DNA from: Bacteroidota bacterium
GTDB taxonomy: Bacteria > Bacteroidota > Bacteroidia > AKYH767-A > OLB10
Assembly (NCBI GenBank): GCA_046340555.1
Contig: JBKDSL010000168.1
Span: 1 to 56,454, forward strand
Reading direction: 5' to 3'
DNA length: 56,454 nucleotides
In this document: positions 51,501 through 56,454 of the stretch, piece by piece
Numbering within the stretch: the first letter of the stretch is position 1
Layout of the letters: the number at the start of each line of letters is the position of its first letter
Program-made: the position numbers and the translations under genes
The notes under the pieces: generated by a model
Seen by the model: the letters and a program-made list of their open reading frames with translations, nothing else
The model's database searches: none
What the model was told of the DNA's origin: nothing

Positions 51501-54500
51501 TTGTCCTGCAGGAACGGTGAATGGTAACACCTCCAATGGATCTCCACCCGAGTTGTTCCGGTTGAAACCGAAATATTTTGTTCCAAACTGGTTGGTAAGA
51601 TAAATATCAAAGTCGTTGAGGGAGCCAGTAGATGTTTCACCTAATGAATAAATCGAATCCTGCCATTGCATTACAATGGTGTAGGTTCCTGCAGGAAGAT
51701 TCACGCTAAGCAGATTGTCGCCACCACCGAAATCGTGAGCTTGACCAGTCAATCCAAGTGGAGCTGCCATCGGGTTGAAAGTGCTTTCGTATGACTTCGA
51801 GCCGAAGTTTCCAGCTGCAGAGAAGTATGCAACACCCATGGCATTTGCAGAGTCAACCGCATTGGCGATAACACCATCCTTAAAGAATGGAGAGGTGATC
51901 CAGGTAACATCATCCGCGATTACATCACATCCGCCTTGTGCCAATTGAATCACCCCTAAAGCTTGATCGCCTTCGCTAACGGTAGCTGTACGGAATGCCA
52001 ATTCGGCACCGGGAGCAACATCGTGTATTAGTTGCATCATGGCACGACCTTCGTCGGAGCGCTGACCATAAGGAAATTCTTTGAAGATTTGAACGGGCGT
52101 GCCTTTTCCTGCTGGATTTCCTACACCTGGCAAGTCGCCGTTAACCACATCTGCGTTGGCATTGTTGCCAGGCACGGTGTTGTAGCTGTCCGACATTACA
52201 CAAACCTTAACGCCGCTGCCATCCACTTGAAATCCTTCGCGGGCAATGTTGGATGTTTGTGCTACATCGCCTTGAGTTAAAGCGATACCGCTGCTAGTAA
52301 TGCTAGGGAAAACAGGGCGCACATAGTTGATTTTGGCAGCAACCTGCGGGTTCAACAAATTGGGCAGGTTGGCGATTGGGAATCGGCCAGTGATGATCAG
52401 CGGGTTCAATCCGTTCGGGATAGTATCAGACAAGCCATAGCCTGTTGTCTGATAAATCAGACTGAATAGGTTTTGTGTTTCACCATCGATTGAAATGATT
52501 TCGATGTAAACCGAGTCAGGACTGGTGAAGAATATTTGCTGGATAGTGTCTTGTCCAACCAGCAAGTAGTTTTCATATAGCGAAGTCAACTCGCAACCCA
52601 ATTTGGTTTGGTCCTTGCCGCCTGGACAAGGTTTGTAATAAGGAACAATGCAAGGTCCTTCCTCCACAACCACTGAGTCAACAGACGTACAACCATTGGC
52701 AGGATCTGTTACAGTAAGGAAGTAAGTGCCCAAGGCGTTGATGGTGGGATTGGCGGTATTCGCACCGGAAGCCACCCCGAGTCCACTCCATGAGAACTGT
52801 GCACCAGCTGTGGAGGACGATCCATTAAGAGATACCTCCAAAATTACACAGGTAATTGCGTTGCCTTCGCCGGCCTCAACGTTGGGATTGTTGAAGTTCG
52901 TTGTGACCACTGCCACATCTGATGAGGTACATCCATTGGCAGGATTGGTAACGGTAACCGTATAAGTGCCTGCTGCATTTACAGAAATGCTCGAGGTGTT
53001 GGATCCACCGCTAATGCCTGGCCCACTCCATGCGAAGGTGGCGCCGGAAGTAGTGGAGGCGGCGGTTAAAGCAGCAATTGCATTGCTGCAATCAATGGTG
53101 TTATCAGTACCGGCATCTGCAATCGGCGCGGTGTTATTGAGGGTAATCATCACATCATCTGTTGCTGTGCAACCGTTGGATGGGTCCGTTACAACAACAG
53201 TATAGGTGCCTGCGGCATTGATGTTTGGGCTTGCTGTATTACCTGCTCCCGTGATGCCAGGTCCAATCCAAGCAAAATTGGAAGGCGTAACACTTGAAGA
53301 GCCTTGTAAACTAAGAGATGTTGTTGTACAAGTCAGTTCATCATCAGATCCCGCGTTGGCAATAGGGGCCTTTACATTCAATGTGATGTTAACGTTGTCG
53401 GATGCAGAACATCCGTTCGTGCTTGAGGTAACGGTTAATGTATAAGTGCCAGCTACATTGATCAATGGTGTAGCAGTGTTTGCGCCTGATACAATTCCTG
53501 GTCCTGTCCAGCTGTATGAAACACCGTTGGTGGTGGAGGTTCCATTCAGTGTGGTACTTGTTAAGGCGCATGTGAGCTCGATACCATTGCCTGCGTCCAC
53601 ATTTGGAGCAGTGTAGTCTGTACTTACTTCAACCAAATCAAATGCTGTACAACCGTTTGTAGGGTTGGTTACGGTTAGTTTGTAGTTGCCGGGTGCATTT
53701 ACTGTTGGAGTCAATGTGTTTCCGCCAGAAACGATGCCAGGACCGCTCCAGCTGTAGGTAGTTCCCACTGTCGTAGAAGATCCGTTCAAAGCAACGGATG
53801 TGTTTGAGCAAGTCAAGAACTTGTCAACACCTGCGTTCACATTAGGACTTGTGAAATTGGAAGTAACAACCGAAACATCAGAGGCAGTACAAACAGATCC
53901 AGTCGAAACGGTAAGCGTGTAGGTGCCTGCTGCATTGACAACTGGTGTGGCGGTGTTGGCTCCTGAAACGATATTACCTCCGTTTGATGCCACCCATGAA
54001 TAGGTTGCGTTGATGGCATTTGATAAGCCGTTCAATGTCACACTGGTGTTCGTGCAGCTAATGGTTTGGTCGGGGCCAGCATTTGCAGTAGGGGTTTGGC
54101 AATTCACATAGGCGGCGTAGTTGGTGGTTACACCGCTATTGATAATCACCTGTGTGCCGCTCCATAAGCTTCCAGTGATGGAGGTCGTGCCAGTTCCTGA
54201 TCCCATCAAAATACCAGCGTATGGTGCATATACGGTACCGAACCAGCGAGACACACCACCGGAGGCGCCGTTGGCAATCACAAAGGAGTAAGCGTTGCTG
54301 GTTGAGCCGGCGCCGTTTCCTTGCACTTCCATATAAATACGGTTGGCACTTCCGCCATTCAACAGGGTGGAAGTGGTTTTATTCAAAAAGGCATTGCCCT
54401 TAACGAAAATGCGGAAAACACCATTGGGATTGTTTTGGAAATCGTAGCGGAACACATTGCTTGTTCCAGAGTTATTAATTGAGTTGAAGATGTAATCACC

Positions 54501-55196
54501 AGGTCCGCTCAAGGTAACGGTACGGTTTCCTCCCAATGTCACATTACCGTAAGCCCCTGGGGTAATGGTGATGTTGGCAGAAATGTTTTGTGTTCCTGCA
54601 GCAGGAATAACCGTTGGCGTAGGAAGCGTTGGCAAAGCCGGAATAACCGGAATAGCATTGATGACACCGCCATTGGGATTGGGTCCTGTGTAGGTGTAGT
54701 TGGTTGGCTTCGTTACGCTTCCGCTGATGGTTCCGCCACCCACCGAAATGTTTCCGTTGGCGAGTATGCTTCCTGTTAGTGATAAGCTGGAGCCTGTCAA
54801 TACTGTGGTGCCGTTTGATGCATTGCTGTTGGCGGCGAAGATGCTCCCGTTCATCAAAATGCTGTTGGCAAATTCGACGCGCTGGCCGCTTCGCACATTG
54901 GCATTGATATTCCCGGAAGATTTTACCAATATTTTGGCACCTACATTACCTCCATTGATGGTATTGGATGTTCCGATTGAAACACCATAGCCTGGGGAAG
55001 GTGGAACGGCCAAACCTTGCGGATTGGATCCATCTCCTGCAAATAGTACGAAATCGGTTATTTGTAAGTTCTGTGCCTCACTCTTGTTGGTGGATGCGAT
55101 TAGGCAAGTGATAATGACAAGTAATGAAAAGGAAGTCTTGGTAATGCTCAAAAAGGCGATACCAGACCCCTTTTGATTGGGGGCTGTTGAAAACAT
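48519..55196 (-). CDS. 2225-aa T9SS-secreted S8/S53-like serine peptidase with beta-solenoid N-terminus, six Ig/PKD-like repeats, MBG-like domains and ALVNAR repeats
   Basis: Signal peptide; VMSDS, DEGRAM, SAAGN, KPDLVAP and FFGTSAAAPH motifs; ADNKTKKYGE MBG-like starts; VFPNPA...GIYAI sorting domain. Confidence 0.88.
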   Translation of the reverse strand: MFSTAPNQKGSGIAFLSITKTSFSLLVIITCLIASTNKSEAQNLQITDFVLFAGDGSNPQGLAVPPSPGYGVSIGTSNTINGGNVGAKILVKSSGNINANVRSGQRVEFANSILMNGSIFAANSNASNGTTVLTGSSLSLTGSILANGNISVGGGTISGSVTKPTNYTYTGPNPNGGVINAIPVIPALPTLPTPTVIPAAGTQNISANITITPGAYGNVTLGGNRTVTLSGPGDYIFNSINNSGTSNVFRYDFQNNPNGVFRIFVKGNAFLNKTTSTLLNGGSANRIYMEVQGNGAGSTSNAYSFVIANGASGGVSRWFGTVYAPYAGILMGSGTGTTSITGSLWSGTQVIINSGVTTNYAAYVNCQTPTANAGPDQTISCTNTSVTLNGLSNAINATYSWVASNGGNIVSGANTATPVVNAAGTYTLTVSTGSVCTASDVSVVTSNFTSPNVNAGVDKFLTCSNTSVALNGSSTTVGTTYSWSGPGIVSGGNTLTPTVNAPGNYKLTVTNPTNGCTAFDLVEVSTDYTAPNVDAGNGIELTCALTSTTLNGTSTTNGVSYSWTGPGIVSGANTATPLINVAGTYTLTVTSSTNGCSASDNVNITLNVKAPIANAGSDDELTCTTTSLSLQGSSSVTPSNFAWIGPGITGAGNTASPNINAAGTYTVVVTDPSNGCTATDDVMITLNNTAPIADAGTDNTIDCSNAIAALTAASTTSGATFAWSGPGISGGSNTSSISVNAAGTYTVTVTNPANGCTSSDVAVVTTNFNNPNVEAGEGNAITCVILEVSLNGSSSTAGAQFSWSGLGVASGANTANPTINALGTYFLTVTDPANGCTSVDSVVVEEGPCIVPYYKPCPGGKDQTKLGCELTSLYENYLLVGQDTIQQIFFTSPDSVYIEIISIDGETQNLFSLIYQTTGYGLSDTIPNGLNPLIITGRFPIANLPNLLNPQVAAKINYVRPVFPSITSSGIALTQGDVAQTSNIAREGFQVDGSGVKVCVMSDSYNTVPGNNANADVVNGDLPGVGNPAGKGTPVQIFKEFPYGQRSDEGRAMMQLIHDVAPGAELAFRTATVSEGDQALGVIQLAQGGCDVIADDVTWITSPFFKDGVIANAVDSANAMGVAYFSAAGNFGSKSYESTFNPMAAPLGLTGQAHDFGGGDNLLSVNLPAGTYTIVMQWQDSIYSLGETSTGSLNDFDIYLTNQFGTKYFGFNRNNSGGDPLEVLPFTVPAGQTVSANLSVIRASGNTSAKFKFIVFRGELSFNEYTSGSSTIVGQSNANGAITLGAVNYTNTPAFNPVPFNPPVQNFSSRGGTEVNGVVRSKPDLVAPNGGNTTVQLGGPNVDGDAFPNFFGTSAAAPHAAGVGALLKHGKMKFYNQELNPADIRSILQTTALDLSTPGFDFATGNGYIQAFDALATFAAPTPNLDSIRTPITAGSAATTVTVYGNFFTTQSQVVFNGDTLSTSFVNGSTLTASLPTFFGNYGLFVYTPPIVPNINDGGNSDTLFFFDPIKKNVVVTADNKTKKYGETVPTLTYSVTVDGTPLASSGFTAAELGLGNLTILTPANSMSNVGIYAIALNQGTYDPGFNTFFNYTLNNGLLTINRMPLVITPNDTTITYGDKIEIKSFEYEYDESSITISERATFLTTLAADHENNIAEEIALVNARALVNARALVNSDLFNLSAIASARALVNARALVNARALVNGSLLIDTTKIVDVATASVFNYQADSANAPLVSARALVNARALVNARALVNGSAVVNARALVNGSPVVNSNNTGTSTDPSNSNVAVIIDSTDAFAPVNDTLTIFKGINLITGTFAGTHAIAPAGYLSSNFEISYGLGTLTILPRSLNVNADNKTATYGQSITFTSSVSGLQYGETLNQIASGNVTYSVLNGASVIAPIYPAGIFNIVPSGISLNAPADYVLSYNNGSLQVNPAVLTVQADLKFINRNDPLPAFTSTITGFVAGGQNTVVSGPTYTVSPSGCCTQAGQYTITPANLVLTVPGNYNVNYVSGPLYVNPKGQGAKKINVSLVCVDTVSNHPSGFPFLARFQWENQNNTPVYVPLGPTNYFNAAGQYVGNPPVLFAANTIGVYEIPFDGQSIQWVCISYNGNQQVTATSNSGTSTSNKCAAHLSRTTLEQSQITDLFNVFPNPAIDELTIQSKFEELNITRISVFDASGRSISLSDTNFESPVESTKINIAKLNPGIYAISIETAGNRFVVRFVKL
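49881..50220 (-). repeat. Coding hexapeptide repeat ALVNAR (10 ALVN cores plus PLVS/AVVN/PVVN variants)
   Basis: Visible in the translation; 18-bp period with synonymous codon variation. Confidence 0.9.
52650..54092 (-). repeat. Six tandem ~80-aa (240-bp) Ig/PKD-like coding repeats
   Basis: Consensus PxxxAGxxxxxTC...YSWxGPG...AGTYTxTVT..NGC..D; antisense ORFs at 52726, 52966 and 53206 show the 240-bp period. Confidence 0.9.
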
Positions 55197-55237
55197 CTTG
55201 ATTCTGGTTAGTACTTGGTTTAATTTTTAGGGTCAAA

Positions 55238-55245
55238 CAAAATTA
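55238..55245 (-). promoter_or_regulatory. -7 promoter element TAATTTTG of the giant protease gene
   Basis: Exact TAnnTTTG match on the minus strand, with a TTG 21 nt upstream. Confidence 0.6.
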
Positions 55246-55409
55246 AGGCATAAAATAAATACGAGTCAAGTTTTTCTTATGTCAATCCAAGCTTTGTCAA
55301 TGCTTTTTTGGTTAACAAACCGATAGTTGTTGCCAATGGCGATTATAAGGGGTTGAATGGCAATGGCTTCGCTTAACAACAAATATTTATCCATTCGGTC
55401 GCTGATTCG

Positions 55410-55417
55410 TATTTTTG
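55410..55417 (+). promoter_or_regulatory. -7 promoter element TATTTTTG, 4 nt before the prfB ATG
   Basis: Exact TAnnTTTG match. Confidence 0.65.
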
Positions 55418-55421
55418 CATC

Positions 55422-56454
55422 ATGACAACTGATCAATTAGCAGATTTAAGGGAGAGAGCCAATGCCCTGAGGAGGCATCTTTGACGTCGACAAAAAGCTG
55501 TCGCTGTTAGCCGGGGAGGAACAGCTGACACACGCTCCCGACTTTTGGAACGATCCCAAAAGAGCCGAGCGAATCCTCAAACAAATTAAAGAAAAGAAAA
55601 CTTGGACCGACCTCTTTCGTGAAACCGAAGGAGCTGTTGAAGATGCTGGCGTATTGCTAGATTTTTTCAAGGTAGGAGAGGTCACAGAGCAGGAAGTTGA
55701 TGAGCAGTACGGCAAGGCACTGCGCATGTTAGATGACCTGGAGTTTAAAAACATGCTGAGTGGCGAGGAGGATTCATTGAATGCCGTTGTCACCATCAAC
55801 TCTGGAGCCGGCGGTACAGAAAGCCAGGATTGGGCCGAGATGCTTATGCGTATGTACATCCGCTGGGGTGAACGCCACGGTATGAAAGTCACCGAAATCG
55901 ATCGCACCGATGGCGACGGTGCGGGCATTAAATCGGCAACACTCGAATTCGAGGGACCATTTGCTTATGGATATCTGAAAAGTGAAAATGGCGTGCATCG
56001 CATGGTCCGCATATCACCTTTCGATTCAAACGCACGTCGCCATACTTCGTTCGCATCCGTGTTTGCTTATCCATTGGTCGACGACACCATCAACATAGAA
56101 ATCAAGGACGCCGATATCAGTATCCAAACATCACGTTCAGGTGGTGCAGGCGGACAAAACGTAAATAAAGTAGAGACTAAGGTTCAGATTACGCACCATC
56201 CTTCGGGAATCGTGGTGGTTTGTCAGGTAGAACGAACTCAAGGAGGAAACAAAGAACGCGCCATGCAGATGCTTCGCTCCCAACTCTACGAACTCGAAGT
56301 GCGCAAGCGCAACGAAGCCAAAGCTGCCACCGAGGCCACCAAAATGAAAATCGAGTGGGGTAGCCAGATCCGAAGCTACGTGTTCCATCCCTACAAACTA
56401 GTTAAAGACAACCGCACCGATTACGAAACCTCGGACGTGCAAGGTGTGATGGAT
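55422..56454 (+). CDS. prfB: Peptide chain release factor 2 with programmed +1 frameshift; runs off the window end
   Basis: ORF0 [20 protein letters not shown] ends at CTT TGA C; the +1 frame continues DVDKK... and contains [12 protein letters not shown] (SPF) and [11 protein letters not shown] (GGQ). Confidence 0.97.
55470..55485 (+). promoter_or_regulatory. RF2 autoregulatory +1 frameshift cassette AGGAGG-CAT-CTT-TGA-C
   Basis: SD-like AGGAGG at 55470-55475, 3-nt spacer, CTT at 55479 and TGAC at 55482. Confidence 0.95.

Noticed and set aside
52726-53445. Three consecutive 79-aa plus-strand ORFs with a 240-bp period
   Set aside because: Antisense shadows of the Ig-like repeats of the 2225-aa gene

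Overview
Gene-dense chromosomal segment from a Bacteroidota bacterium. The assignment rests on three proteins with type IX secretion (T9SS) C-terminal sorting domains, TAnnTTTG -7 promoter elements and a long Bacteroidota-type SecA. Most of the window is housekeeping: kdsB (partial), secA, comM, gmhA, dsbD, lemA/TPM, tilS, pabB, purN, acpP-fabF-rnc, waaA, slyD, recX, and a frameshifted prfB that the ORF track misses. It also holds a ~10-kb nucleotide-sugar precursor operon with no glycosyltransferase. The accessory-looking parts are: (i) a helical protein with a winged-helix-like N-terminus, divergent from a T9SS cargo that carries both dockerin-like and cohesin-like modules; (ii) tRNA-Gln(TTG) followed by an internally deleted REP-associated tyrosine transposase flanked by its own palindromic repeats; (iii) an HD/PDE-like phosphohydrolase converging on a TPR-sensor adenylate cyclase; (iv) a 2225-aa T9SS-secreted subtilase-like protein with an ice-binding-like N-terminus and a codon-diversified ALVNAR hexapeptide array; (v) heptamer/REP-like intergenic repeats and several apparently leaderless genes. 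No CRISPR array, rRNA, integrase or reverse transcriptase was seen. All calls come from motif recognition by eye; no searches were run.
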